64,000 bases of DNA. Source: Dipteris shenzhenensis. Its lineage: Eukaryota. The stretch lies in assembly GCA_047967505.1 (NCBI GenBank), contig CM106538.1; one strand, written 5' to 3'. Positions 50,501-63,292 of the stretch are shown here, one piece after another. The notes below the pieces were generated by a model that saw only the letters and a program-made list of their open reading frames with translations, was not told the DNA's origin and searched no databases. The position numbers were made by a program, and so were the translations under genes. Within the stretch, counting starts at the first letter, position 1; the number at the start of each line of letters is the position of its first letter.

Positions 50501-50923
50501 GGAAATAGAAGATTCTCAATATTGTTTACTAGTTCATAACCAGGAAGTTTGCAAACTATGAAAAATGGGGCATTTCCTAGTTTGTCTTACAAAGAAAAAG
50601 AGGATTCTCTATATCATTTACTAGACTATAACTAGGAAGTGTGCAAACTAGGGAAAATGGAACATTTCCTAGTTAGACTATGTAGGGAATTGCTAATGAA
50701 TTTCACTATCTAGGAAAATTTTCCTATATGGTGAAATTCTCTAATGATTCCCTGCATTAACTTGCATAGGAAATTTTTTGATTGATTCCCTAGATAAGGT
50801 AACTAGGAAGTGTTCCATTTTCTTTAGTTTGCACTCTTACTAGTTATGTTCATTTCAAACTAGTAAATGATATAGAGAATCCTCTTCTTTTCCTATACAG
50901 AGAACATCTCAAAGTTCCTTGTG
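47524..50923. mobile_element. 3,400-bp non-autonomous TIR element with CACAA termini (CMC/CACTA-like)
   Basis: 13-bp perfect TIR CACAAGGAACTTT...AAAGTTCCTTGTG, many subterminal TAGGAA/TTCCTA motifs at both ends, absent at the equivalent site in copy A (493/494). No clean TSD. Confidence 0.85.
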
Positions 50924-53619
50924 GTACGAGGGAGTGGAAAGAATAAGTTGGTGCCCCTCATTTCTCATTCCAGGATCGTGAGAGGGTGGTGGCCTTTGAG
51001 GGTGGCTGGGTGGAGGAGGTGGCAAGCAAGGGGGAGGGGAAGGGTTGAGGTCGACGAGGTGATCGCAGCAGTGAGGCGGAGGGGAGGGAGTGAGAGGGTG
51101 ATCACAACGAGGCTGAGGGGAGGGGCAAAGGAAAGTTAAAGGTTAATTAGATTAGCTTAATTGACATTAGGGGGTTTAGCATAGGTTAATGTTTTAATTA
51201 AATTGCCAACTGATTTTTTCAATGAATCATGCAAATTTTGTAACTTTTTTTAATCCAATCCAAATTCCTAATGCCAAGACAATTGAAATAGAAAATTACA
51301 AACCTAATGCAAAAATTTTGATGCAAATTCAATGCTCAAGCACAAAGTTAGAGAAATTTTAGAATTAGTAGAGCCATTAGTATTATCTATTTCAATGAGA
51401 GAAGGTCAAACATTAAAATACAAAATAAGTTTTAAGGTCAAGAGGAATATAGATTTCAATTGCTAAATTTATTAAAAATTTTCTCATCGTATCTTCTAAC
51501 ATTAAAATAAAGAAAAATTAATTTGGTGATGACATGTGGCAAGAAAAAAATTTCTACAAGCAAAGTTTTACAAACCAAGCTTACAAAAAAACATGCGTAG
51601 TCCATAATAATGGGAGTAACATTAAAATTCCATGTTAATTACAGGTTCTGTTTGTGTGTGTATGTGTGCATGAGTGCATGTTTGCACATGCATGCGTACG
51701 AGATGCCTACATCGATGTGTATGTGCATTCGCATTCCGTGTGCATGTGCAAATGCATGCACACATTTGTGCATGTATGCATGCGTAGATGCATCTGTGTG
51801 TGTGTGCGCGGGCGTGCACGTGGGAGAGAGACACTCATGTATGACCAACTTCCATTTTCATCTAAATACCCTTACACATTTTCCACAATCCTCATCACAT
51901 ATTCAACTATTTGCTGAATAAAACACATGACACTTTACTATGGGTTATCTCTATAGAAGTCAATTGATCTCTCCAAGTCTATGACAAATCATTAAAGGAG
52001 ATGATGATAATTCCATCAAATGGGATTATTGTATGCATATATATGTATGTGTAGAGAATCACAAAGTAGTATTTTACGCAACCCACTAGTTGTGCAATCT
52101 ATAATGCTCTTGTCTCAAGGATAGAGTTTCAACATGGAAAAAGGTTCTTCCTCCTTTTTCCCTAATTATTGGTCATTTGTAAAGTGGAACATGCACATTT
52201 TGGCATTTTCAAACATGCAAAGGTGTGTATTACTTATCTGTATGTGTTTGATGGTTAAGGCACTTTGAACAAACCTTTGAATAAGTATTTTCCATAAACT
52301 TGTATTTTTCCCTAAGATTTTTATGAAATTGGAGATTGCACAGCCAAAATTAATGAAATCTATGTAGTCATTTGTGTGGTGCACCTTGCACATTTTCTCT
52401 ATGTTCTTCTTTTACTTTTTCTCAAGTTTGAGTGCATAATTGCCAAAAAGTTGTGTAATGATATGCATATATCATAGATGTACATTATTGTACACTGCTG
52501 ATGGTCACGAAACCTTGAAAAAACTTTTCAATGAGTAAGTCACTTATACTTGAAAAGATTCATAATGATACGTGTCACGTATATGGTGGGATATGCACAT
52601 CTTCTCATTTTCAAACAAGCTACACATTGCATAAGCACCCAAAACATGTGCATCCGTACACTTATACCCAATGTGTATATTGGAGATGGTCACCAAACTT
52701 TGCAAAGACCTTTTAATGATTAACGACAAGCAACCAATCACCCAAGTTCCCCAACGCTACTCTTGGGCCTTAGAACAATAACCCCTTCCCCATGAGGGAG
52801 CTTAGTCAACCAATTATTCCAACATCTACTATTTGAAAACTCATTCTATTAAGCCTACATGATCTCAAGTGACATCCCTAAATCATCTTTTAAGGAAATT
52901 ATAGTACTATACTAGTAAAAAAGTGGTCCACCTTACTATGTACCAACCCATTTAAAGTTATCATCACTACTCCACCTAAATGGAGTAACTCTAATCCACT
53001 CTTTTTACGAAAGATGTAACATTGATCCACATTTTGAGCTTAACCCAAGTTACGCCCAAGTCCAATGCAACATAATATGTGGATAACAAATTTTCTTTCC
53101 ACAAGATAGATCCCACCTACTAAAAACTCTTATTCATGTCTACTATCATGAAGGTGCACTAAGAGCTAACTCAATATATTAAGGACATAGCATTATCAAC
53201 TCAAGTGCACCAAATTTCAACCTTATTGGAACTCAGAGCTCTTCTTATGGTCACAAGTAAAAATAATTGATATTGTAAAAGGTGATTCACTACTACACAT
53301 GGATCCTATTGCGATGTTTACGTACCGACATTTAGCGCCCGCTTAGCGTTAATCGTCAGTATGAAAAGCGGGTTTCCTAAATCGTCACTATATAGCGACT
53401 ATTGGTAAAAGTCGCTATATAGCGACTTTTAAGTATCGCTATATAGCGACACTGATATACAAATTTATAGCGATGTTTTTATAGAGAGATTTTTTTTTTA
53501 AAAGGCCTTAAAAGTTAGTTTTTTCTAATGACAAAATTTTTTAAATTTTCATACATGTTTGAGCTCATAGAGAATAAAAAAATGAGAGCATGTACATCAA
53601 GCCTTTGAAGCTCATATAT

Positions 53620-56600
53620 TCATGTCCAAGTTTGAGATGAGAAAAAACAAATAAGAGCATTTACATCAACTGTTTCATCTTGAGCCAAGTCTAAGGCGCC
53701 AAACAAGTCTATCTCCAACTCTATACCGAGTTGATCTCCTATATCATCATCGTACTCTAGCATCATACATTCACCTAAAAGTATTTGATCATCTTCTTCA
53801 ATAAAGCTTAAGTGTGGTGATTCTTGATTATTGTTGTCTTCTTCCTCAATATCGTGATCTCCATCCTCCTCCCGTGCGATGTCATTATGCGCATCTTCCT
53901 CTTGGCTCATATGGTGATCTACATCTTCTTCGCTAGATTCATCAATTGGATCCGGCATTGGTAGTGGCATCTCCATATCCACATCTCGATCTTCAAAAAT
54001 TTTCTTACTTCGTGGTGCAACTTGGATCACGTACCCCCGGGGGATTCACAAGAGGAAACTTATGATATCACATGAGTGTACAATAGGGGGGTTTCTTTTA
54101 ATGAGGCATAAGCTTATACATTAGGGGTGGGGGGCCTTTTATTTTTTCCCAATATTGAATTTAAGTTAGGGGGGCCATGCCATATTTAAGAGGGGGAGAC
54201 ATAGTATAGGCTACCTTGGATAACTAGTCCAAACAAGTTTGGTTTTGTGTATGGTTTTAAATAATCATAGGGAAAGTAATCTAAATTTTCTTATTGTGCG
54301 ATCTAAACGCTTGAGAAAGAACGTAGATTTAAGGAAAGGGGGGACATAATAGAATTTTGGTGGTATCTTATAAGCTTAAATAGGGGTGTTTTATCATCCT
54401 ACATGGATCTTAAATAGGGGGTTTTCTTGAAGTTCATGCACGTAGGTGACGTCCCCCTTTCATGAAGAGTGAATCCCCCGGGCACGTACCACCATCTTGG
54501 ATCAGAACGATCCGGATGAAAAACCACCTATATTGAAGATGGGTGCCAAATGTCGTCAATTATATATATGAAATTATGCTCAAGTGTATGTATCAATGGA
54601 CTTTAAAAACGAAAGCTTCGACTAATTAAATCATTAGTATGCACCTGCTCACAGTGCTCGGGAAGAACAAAAGTATCACTTTCATCGGTCCAATGTTTGG
54701 TGGAGTCTATTGCAAAGAGATCACTACTATCTTTTCTCACTGTCACATGGGGACCGTTGTAAGTAGTTCTAAACCATTTTACATCAAGAATGAAAATAGT
54801 AAATCGTCTGAAATCAATTTCATAGATGTCGTGTATGGTTCCACAATAATCCAACTATGAGGAGAGAAGATTGGTATCTGAAGCACTTGCTCGACTATCT
54901 TGTGTGAAGTTAGCCATGACTCCACAATCATACGTGACTCTCTTTGAATCGATGCGTTCCACACAAAACTGTCGTCCATATGACCATAATGCACTGTACT
55001 TTTTGTACTGTAAAAGAGCATCATTAAAACAATGAAGATGCATATATTTTATAGCATATATTGCCACAAATAATTACTTAATTACATCAAGAGGTAAGAA
55101 ACTTACATGCACCATACATCCAGATGATAACTCTCGCTCGCGCTTGTTTATTGTCTCTCCATCACATTCGGCTTTACGTAGAGCCAGTTGTAGCCAATCA
55201 AGTGACATGTGAGTAGGGAGAAGAGCGAAATCCCGTGGATATGGTTGTGATCGCTTGTACATTACTCTGAATCTCGTCCTTGCATTTATTCTTTCTGCTT
55301 TGGCCACTTCATATCTCTCAATCCACTTCTGCATCTCAGGGATATTGAGGATACAAAACTTATTGAATTTCTCCATTTGCTCTTCGCTCATCTTTCTTTC
55401 AATCCCTTTTCCTTGGGGAACCTCGCCAAAGATGCGATCATCATCCTTGTTGTGCCAAGCTTGCGGCATATCAGGATCCATGGATGCAAGAAACTCTGTG
55501 ATATATACTAATGACTCTTGCACAAGCCATCCCTCTGCCATGCTTGCTTCCGGTCTTGCTCTTTGTCTTACAAACCCCTTTAAAGTTTTCATAAACCGCT
55601 CGAGAAAAAACATCCATCGACTATGAACGGTACCTGCTATAGCCACCTCATCAACTATGTGCACAAGCAAGTGGACTTGAGTTGTCATAATGCTCGAGGG
55701 AAAGTGCTTCTCAAGCAAGCATACGGCTTCGATGGATTCCACCCTAGCCTTCTCGATGCTCAATATAGAGATCTCTTTTTGAGATATCCACCTATTTCAC
55801 ATGTCCATGCATATGTAAGATATTTGAGATATCCACCTATTTCACATGTCCATGAAGAAAATACATAATGCGATTTGATAGTAAGCATACCTCACAATAC
55901 CACAGATCTTGAATATAGCATTTATAACATCTTCTTGTAAGCACCCTTTTATTGTAATTGGGAGGATGAACTATCAAAGCAACAATGAAGTCATGTCAAC
56001 AATATAACATAATAATAATTACGCTAACGCATTACGATTATCGGTACACTAATTCTACTTAGAATACCTATAAGACTTTGTGCCAATCATGGGACTTGAG
56101 CCCACTAAGCTTATTGTCCTTTCAAAATGCTCCTTTCAAGCAATGCATGTACCCTGTCGGTGTTTGAAAAGAGGCAATATCTGCCTTGACCGCTGCCTCC
56201 TCCCTCATAGAGAGGATCCACGTTGCTTTCGGGAGGACAACTTTTCCCGAATCATGCACTTGGGGCCACAAACGAGACATCCTATTCATAGCACGCAAGT
56301 CTTCTCGCACTCCTCTCGAGTCCTTGGAACCAACCAAGTGTGCCCAAATAGTAGCCCCCACATTCTTGAAGATATGCATGGGATCCAATAGATGATTGAT
56401 TTGTAACTGACCCCAATAAGGAAGCTCCTGAAAGATTGATAGCCTCTTCACACCAGGAGGAGGTTCCTCTCCATTCGCCCTCCAAGCTTGAATCCAGTCA
56501 CTTGCCTTCAAATATGATGGTGGTGGATCAAGCTGACCTCCATGTGCGAGATGGTCAAGTGGAAGGTATCGAGCATGATCTTCATAAACATTTTTCCTCA

Positions 56601-58164
56601 TATGTTTGGAGTAGCATGCAAGCGATTTCAGAGCCAGTCCCAAACAGGACAAGCATGGTACCCACTTGTAACAAGTCCTGCACGCGTGCATGAATGTGTT
56701 AGTACAAGACATGCGTGCAAAAGAGAGTAAAAAAAGCATAATCCCTCATTGTACATGTAAAGACACAACCACGTACCTGCGCACTCTCCATATCCTGGGT
56801 AGTCATGCATGGTCCACATCAAGATACCCCTGACCAAAATATCATTGGTATGTCTAGGAGCTCTGGAAATATCAAAGACTTGCACTTCTCTCCATAATAT
56901 CTGTAACTCCTCTATCAAAGGTGCCATGTACACGTCCATGTTTTTTGCCTCGCACTTTCCTAGTACAAGTAGTGCAAGCATGAGGTGTCCCTTTTTTATT
57001 GTTAGCCATGGTGGGATATTGTAATTCACCATGACTATGGGCCATGTCGACCAAGATGTCAAGCGTAACCCGAAAGGATTCACGCCGTCCATGGCTAGCC
57101 CAAGATGTAAGTTGCATGGCTCCCTCGCAAAGTCCGACCACTGATTATCTATGTGCTTCCAAGCTACACAATCTGCGGGAATCCTCAATGTGTGATCAAT
57201 GGACTGATGAGATGCATGCCATGTCATCAACTCCGCTATGGATTTGCATCGGAACATGTGTTGTATTCTTGCAATGATGGGAAAGTGTCTCAAGACCTTT
57301 ACCGGTATCCGCTCACCCTGCAAGTCATCTCTATATCGTTGTTCCCCACACTTTGGACAACTAGCCAAATCTCCATGCTCACGACGAAAGAGAATACAAT
57401 CATTATGGCAAGCATGGATGGCATCATAATCCATACCCACCATTGTTAGCATCTTTTTCGCTTCATCTCTTGATGCGGGCATGGTATTTGGTGTAGGCAA
57501 CATCTTCTAGAGCAACCTGTAACAAAGACACTATCCAAATGATGATTCTCAAAACAAACAATATCCAAATAATGAGTCAAATTAATGCAAGAGCTAACCT
57601 CATTAAGGCCGAGACACTTGTATCCGACCACCCATATTGTACTTGTAGATTCAAGATTAAGAGACAAGCACGTAGTTTAGACATCCTAGCATCCTCATAC
57701 AATTGTGTTGATTGCAACTCTCGCATTTTGACCTCAGACTCTGACATCACATGTACATGGGATGTAGTGCCCCTAAAAATGGAATCCATCATGTCGACCA
57801 TACCCTCGTCGCCATCCGAGAGACTATAGTCTTGCTGAAAGTGAGAAGGTATATGTGTACCCTCGTCATCCTCCTCATCCTGTTTTAAGATTTCGTGTAA
57901 ATATAAGATCTTCTATTTCCTGGTATATACAATAAGATTGCGAACTTAAATAGCTTTGACTTACCGATGGTCCATCAACATGTGCAACACCAATGGGGGG
58001 TACTGGCCCTCCCCATACATCCACAAGTGGCGCATGATAATACAACGTTGATGTCGTACTTCTCGCTTGCAATGAGTGCAATAATAGTATAACCTCTCCG
58101 TAAGCCACTTTGTGCTCCTGGGTGTTGGCGCATCATCGGACGAGCTTCCACTCGTCCCTTCCAT
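53620..58164 (-). pseudogene. CACTA TnpD-type transposase, multi-exon, with a MITE in the last exon
   Basis: IHACHNDCILF...CPKCGEQRY, LGLAMDGVNPFG, STWPIV, DYPGYG, LDPMHIFKNV, VHLLVH, WMFFLERFM. Confidence 0.92.
54036..54482. mobile_element. 447-bp MITE-like element, 14-bp TIR, 8-bp TSD
   Basis: TIR CCCGGGGGATTCAC/GTGAATCCCCCGGG. TSD CACGTACC at 54028-54035 and 54483-54490. Empty site at ~22702-22709 in copy A. Confidence 0.95.
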
Positions 58165-60290
58165 CTACACTTATAAAATCACAACATAAGCATGAAGAAG
58201 AGATATTAATAGTTATAAAATAGCATGTTTGAGCTTCTTTTGATGCTACAACAAAAAAGTGACTGTAAGCGTCACTATATAGCGACCTTTTTGCTTTCGT
58301 CACTATATAGCGACGTTTTTAATTAAAAACGTCGCTATATAGCAATGGATTAGCGTCGCTATATAGCGACGCTGTGGGTTAAAACCCGAAACTCTAAACG
58401 CGCGGCGTTTTCTTCATCCTATTCCCTAATCTCTCAAGTAAGCAAGCCAATATCTCCTCCCACCTATTTTTGATGACCTCCCACCTATTTCAAGCAACCT
58501 CCCACTCTATTTTCCACTCCTCACCCTTCTCCTACCTCTTGTACTCCCTCTCTACCCTTTTCCCTCTTTGGTTTCTTGAAAGGAAGTTCTTCAAGAGGTG
58601 AGTTTCTTTCAACAATGTAGGTTGTTTTTTGTTAGCTTTAGTTTTGTGAGTGTTTCTTCTTGTATTGCTAAACCTGTAAACTAGTTTTCATGCTTGTTTT
58701 GAAAGGATTGAAACAAAAAACGAGATTTCAAGAAAGAAAAAAAACTCACCTCTTTTTTCTATATTTCTCTTCCTTCTCTTTCTCCTTGTCTCCTCAATCT
58801 CCTCCTTTCCTTGTCTCCTCAATCTCCTCCCTTCAAGAAGTTGCTTTTGTAATCTCCTCCTTCCACTAACATCTTATTTGAAAAAATGGGTTGTTTTCTC
58901 TCTTTTGTAGGGCCAGTTCACTACACCGAGCGAGACATACTATTTCAGGTAAGTGCTTCCTCTTTTTTCCATTTATTATTTTTGTTATTTGCATTGGCCT
59001 GCAGCTAGCTGCAGTGATGGGCGTAGGAACCCTCTCTTCCCCTCAAACTCTTTCCTTCTTCCCCCTTCTCTTATTCTCTTTTTTCCTCCTTCTCTTTTTT
59101 CCCTCTTCTCTTATTCTCTCTTTCCCCCTTCTCTATTTCCCCCTTCTCTCTTTTCCCTTCTCTCTTTCCTTTCCCTCTTATTCTCTATTTCTGCATAGCA
59201 TGAGAGCATGAGCATATGCAGAAATAGAGAATGAGAGAAGCTTCTCTCTTTCTCTATTTCCGCATAAGCTCATGCATAAGCTTATGCTTATGCTTATGCT
59301 TCTCTCTTTCCCCCTTCTCTATTTCCCCCTTCTCTCATTCTCTATTTCCGCATAAGCTCATTCTCTATTTCTGCATAAGCTCATGCTTATGCTTCTCTCA
59401 TTCTCTATTTCCGCATAAGCTCATTCTCTAGCTTCCGCATAAGCTCAAGCTTATGCTTCTCTCTTTCCCCCTTCTCTATTTCCCCCTTCTCTCATTCTGT
59501 ATTTCCGCATAAGCTTATGCTTATGCTTCTCCCATTCCCCCTTCTCTATTTCCGCATAAGCTCATGCTTATGCTTCTCTCTTTCCCCCTTCTCTGTTTCC
59601 CCCTTCTCTCATTCTCATGCTTATGCGGAAATAGAGAATGAGAGAAGGGGGAAATAGAGAAGGGGGAAAGAGAGAAGCATAAGCATGAGCTTATGCGGAA
59701 ATAGAGAAGGGGGAATGGGAGAAGCATAAGCATAAGCTTATGCCGAAATAGAGAAGGGGGAATGGGAGAAGCATAAGCATAAGCTTATGCCGAAATAGAG
59801 AATGAGAGAAGGGGGAAATAGAGAAGGGGGAAATGAGCTTATGCGGAAATAGAGAATGAGAGAAGCATAAGCTCATGCTTATGCTTCTCTCATTCTCTAT
59901 TTCCGCGTAAGCTCATTCTCTATTTCCGCATAAGCTCATGCTTATGCTTCTCTCATTCTCTATTTCCGCATAAGCTCATTCTCTAGCGTCCGCATAAGCT
60001 CATGCTTATGCTTCTCTCTTTCCCCCCTCTCTATTTCCCCCCTCTCTATTTCCCCCTTCTCATGCTTATGCTTCTCTCTTTCTCCCTTCTCATTCTCTAT
60101 TTCTGCATAAGCTCTCATAAGCATATGCATGAGCTTATGCAAAAATAGAGATTGAGAGATGCATAAGCATAAGCATAACCTCATGCTTATGCTCATGCAT
60201 GAGCATGAGCTTATGCTCATGCTTATGCTTCTCTCTTTCCCCCTTCTCTCATTCTCTATTTCTGCATAAGCTCATGCTTATGCTTCTCTC

Positions 60291-62573
60291 TGATGGGATA
60301 TCTCAAGGTGTATGCCTCAGGCACACCTTGGTTTCTATGTGTGAGTGCTAGAGGCACAGTTAGGTGCCCATAAGCACAGTTAGGTGGTGGAAGAGCCACA
60401 TAGGATGATTGAGAGAATCTGAGAGCAGATTGAGGAGATGATTGTGGAGCTCTGAAGTCATCAGTGATGTCAGTGAGCATGTATGAGGTGCCTACTTAAG
60501 GACCTCACTCTTCTTCATTCTACAAGCAAGTAATGCAAGTATTCTGAGTTTGTGTCCCCTCTTTCCTTTCCTTTCAGTTTACCAACATGGTATCAGAGCC
60601 CTTTGATCCCCCTTGAGCCCATTTTTTGCCACATCATCATCTTCTTCTTCATCTTCTTCTTCACCATCTCTCCCTCTTCTTCCCAAAGTTTGCTTAAGCT
60701 TGTTCTCCTCCGGTTCTCAGCCATTTCCCATGTCCTTCCTGCTGGAGATCCACCTTGAAGGGGCGAACCTCTGGCTGAGAGGAATCAAAGAAAACCACGC
60801 CCGTTTCGTCGCCATTACATGATTTCCGTCGATTATTCCTTCTGCGTTTTCTCTCAGCCCACCTTATCTTCCTCTAATTTCTTTCAGGGGTAGATTCTCC
60901 ATGCCTTGGGCTATCCTGTGCTGAAATCTGAGCAGTAATGGTTGCCTATTCAAGCTGAAAATAGAGAAAAACCAGTCGACGTTGGAAAGGCAAGCTATGG
61001 AGTTCTGACGCCTTTTTGCGCCTCTTCTTCCCAGAGGATCTTCTGTGGTATAACAGCTCTCTTTTGCCTTAAAAATCCCCTTTTCCTTTGCTTTAAAGAG
61101 TGAGCTACAAGCCCTCCAAGTTCAGTCTTTTAGTTTTGATAGTTTTGGACAAGTTTTTGAAGATGATGCTACATAAAATGCTACTCTAGCATTTCTGGTT
61201 TTTTGAAACTTTCAATAACTTCAGTACAAGTGTGGCTTTAGTTTTGTTTTGGATTGCTAGACCTAGTTTTGATTGGAAAGTATTCATTTTAGCCACTTCT
61301 ATGAAGCATGTAAGAAGAAGCATCATTGATTGAATATTGGTCACTAGTCTTTGCTACATCAAGTGCTCATATTTTGGAAGTCTTTCAGTTATTTTTTGCC
61401 TTGTAAGAGAGATAGACACTGCCCAATATCTGGGTTATACCCTCTCATGGCTACCCTATTGAATCTAGAGAAGTTCAATGGAAAGGGCTTCCACACATGG
61501 CAGATGAAGGTGAAATTTGCATTGATGAGGGAGAACTTATGGGGACTTGTCAAACCGACTCCTACCGCTTCTTCTACGGCCTCCAATGCTGGAGAATCCT
61601 CAACTCCAACACGACCGGCAAGGGATCCAGCTAAAGAAGAAAGGCATATGGAGCTCAGGAAAGGCAATGACACTGTTTATGCTATAAAAGTCCAGAAGAG
61701 CAAGTATACCCCTTGCAATCACTGTGGAAAGACAAATCTTCTTTCAAAGGACTGCTTCAAAATTAATCCATGCAAGCACTGTGGCAAGAACAACCATAAT
61801 GAGAAGTTTTGCAGAGCCAAAGCAAAGACAGAAAATGCAAATCTACTTTCAGTTGATGAGCCTCCACAAGATGAGGCATCCTTTGAAGATTATGCATTTT
61901 AAAACATCTCTATGTATGCTCCAGATCTCTCTTTTTATGTCAAGGTACTCAGCCTGGATAGTCCTCCAAAATGAATGAAAATAAACTATTGTGTTTTGTG
62001 TGTTTTGTAAACACCTCTGGTCACCTTATGATGTAGGCCATGTGTATGTTTTGCTCCATGGTACCTCCTGTAGACATTGTGTGCATGTACATGCAGGGGA
62101 GATAACCATTGGAAGGTCTTTTTGTATTCCTTTTGTTTACCTTACACCCAAGGGAACCCTTGCTAGCATGAGAACCTAGCCATAGATTTATCCTTGACCA
62201 CCATGAGATGGCATGAGAAACTATGAGACTAGATGTATCCTTGACATAGCCTGAGGCATTCCCTTGAGGGGGGGTTTGATGGGATATCTCAAGGTGTATG
62301 CCTCAGGCACACCTTGGTTTCTATGTGTGAGTGCTAGAGGCACAGTTAGGTGGCCATAAGCACAGTTAGGTGGTGGAAGAGCCACATAGGATGATTGAGA
62401 GAATCTAGGAGCAGATTGAGGAGATGATTGTGGAGCTCTAAAGTCATCAGTGATGTCAGTGAGCATGTATGAGGTACCTACTTAAGGACCTCCCTCTTCT
62501 TCATTCTACAAGCAAGTAATGCAAGTATTCTGAGTTTGTGTCCACTCTTTCCTTTCCTTTCAGTTTACCAACA
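60291..62573 (+). mobile_element. Non-autonomous copia-type LTR element (gag-only, TR-GAG/TRIM-like), 2,283 bp
   Basis: 297-bp LTRs at 60291-60587 and 62277-62573 (TG...CA), PBS TGGTATCAGAGC (tRNA-iMet), PPT GAGGGGGGG, TSD CTCTC on both sides. Confidence 0.96.
61447..61902 (+). CDS. Internally deleted copia-type Gag
   Basis: MATLLNLEKFNGKGFHTWQMKVKFALMRENLWGLV N-terminus joined to two knuckles (CNHCGKTNLLSKDC degenerate; CKHCGKNNHNEKFC intact). No pol. Confidence 0.75.
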   Translation: MATLLNLEKFNGKGFHTWQMKVKFALMRENLWGLVKPTPTASSTASNAGESSTPTRPARDPAKEERHMELRKGNDTVYAIKVQKSKYTPCNHCGKTNLLSKDCFKINPCKHCGKNNHNEKFCRAKAKTENANLLSVDEPPQDEASFEDYAF

Positions 62574-63292
62574 CTCTCTTTCCCTCTTCTCTATTTCCGC
62601 ATAAGCTCATGCTTATGCTTCTCTCTTTCCCCCCTCTCTATTTCCCCCTTCTCTCATTCTCTATTTCCACATAAGCTTATGCTTATGCATGAGCTTATGC
62701 AGAAATAGAGAATGAGAGAAGCATAAGCTCATGCTTATGCTTCTCTCATTCTCTATTTCCGCATAAGCTCATTCTCTGTTTCCGCATAAGCTCATGCTTA
62801 TGCTTCTCTCTTTTCCCCTTCTCTATTTCCCCCTTCTCTCATTCTCTATTTCTGCATAAGCTCATTCTCTATTTCCACATAAGCTCATGCTTATGCTTCT
62901 CTCATTCTCTATTTCTGCATAAGCTCATTCTCTATTTCTGCATAAGCTCATGCTTATGCTTCTCTCTTTCCCTCTTCTCTATTTCCCCCTCCTCTCATTC
63001 TCTATTTCCGCATAAGGTCATTCTCTAGCTTCTCTCTTTTCCCCTTCTCTATTTCCCCCTTCTCTCATTCTCTATTTCTGCATAAGCATAGGCATGAGCT
63101 TATTCTCTCGAACTCTTATTCTCTACTTCCCTCTTCTTCCTCTTCTCTTTCCTTTCCCTCTTCTTTCCTTTCCCTCTTCTTTCCCTCTTTCTTTTCCCTC
63201 TTCTTTCCTTTCCCTCTTCTTTCTTCTTGCCTATGCCTATGCTTATGTTTGTTTTTTTGTTTTTTGTTTTTGTGTTTGTGTCTATGTTAGAC

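Larger units (their letters stand above)
47027..59104. repeat. Segmental duplication copy B (its left boundary is not definable because copy A begins before the window)
   Basis: Collinear with 1-3403 plus 22510-27292, with private insertions at 47524-50923 and 54036-54482. Confidence 0.95.
59190..63095. repeat. Palindromic satellite (CTCTATTTCCGCATAAGCTCATGCTTATGCTT-type units) with orientation flips
   Basis: Dozens of variant units; inverted blocks at ~59620-59870 and ~62690-62725; interrupted by an LTR element. Confidence 0.92.
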
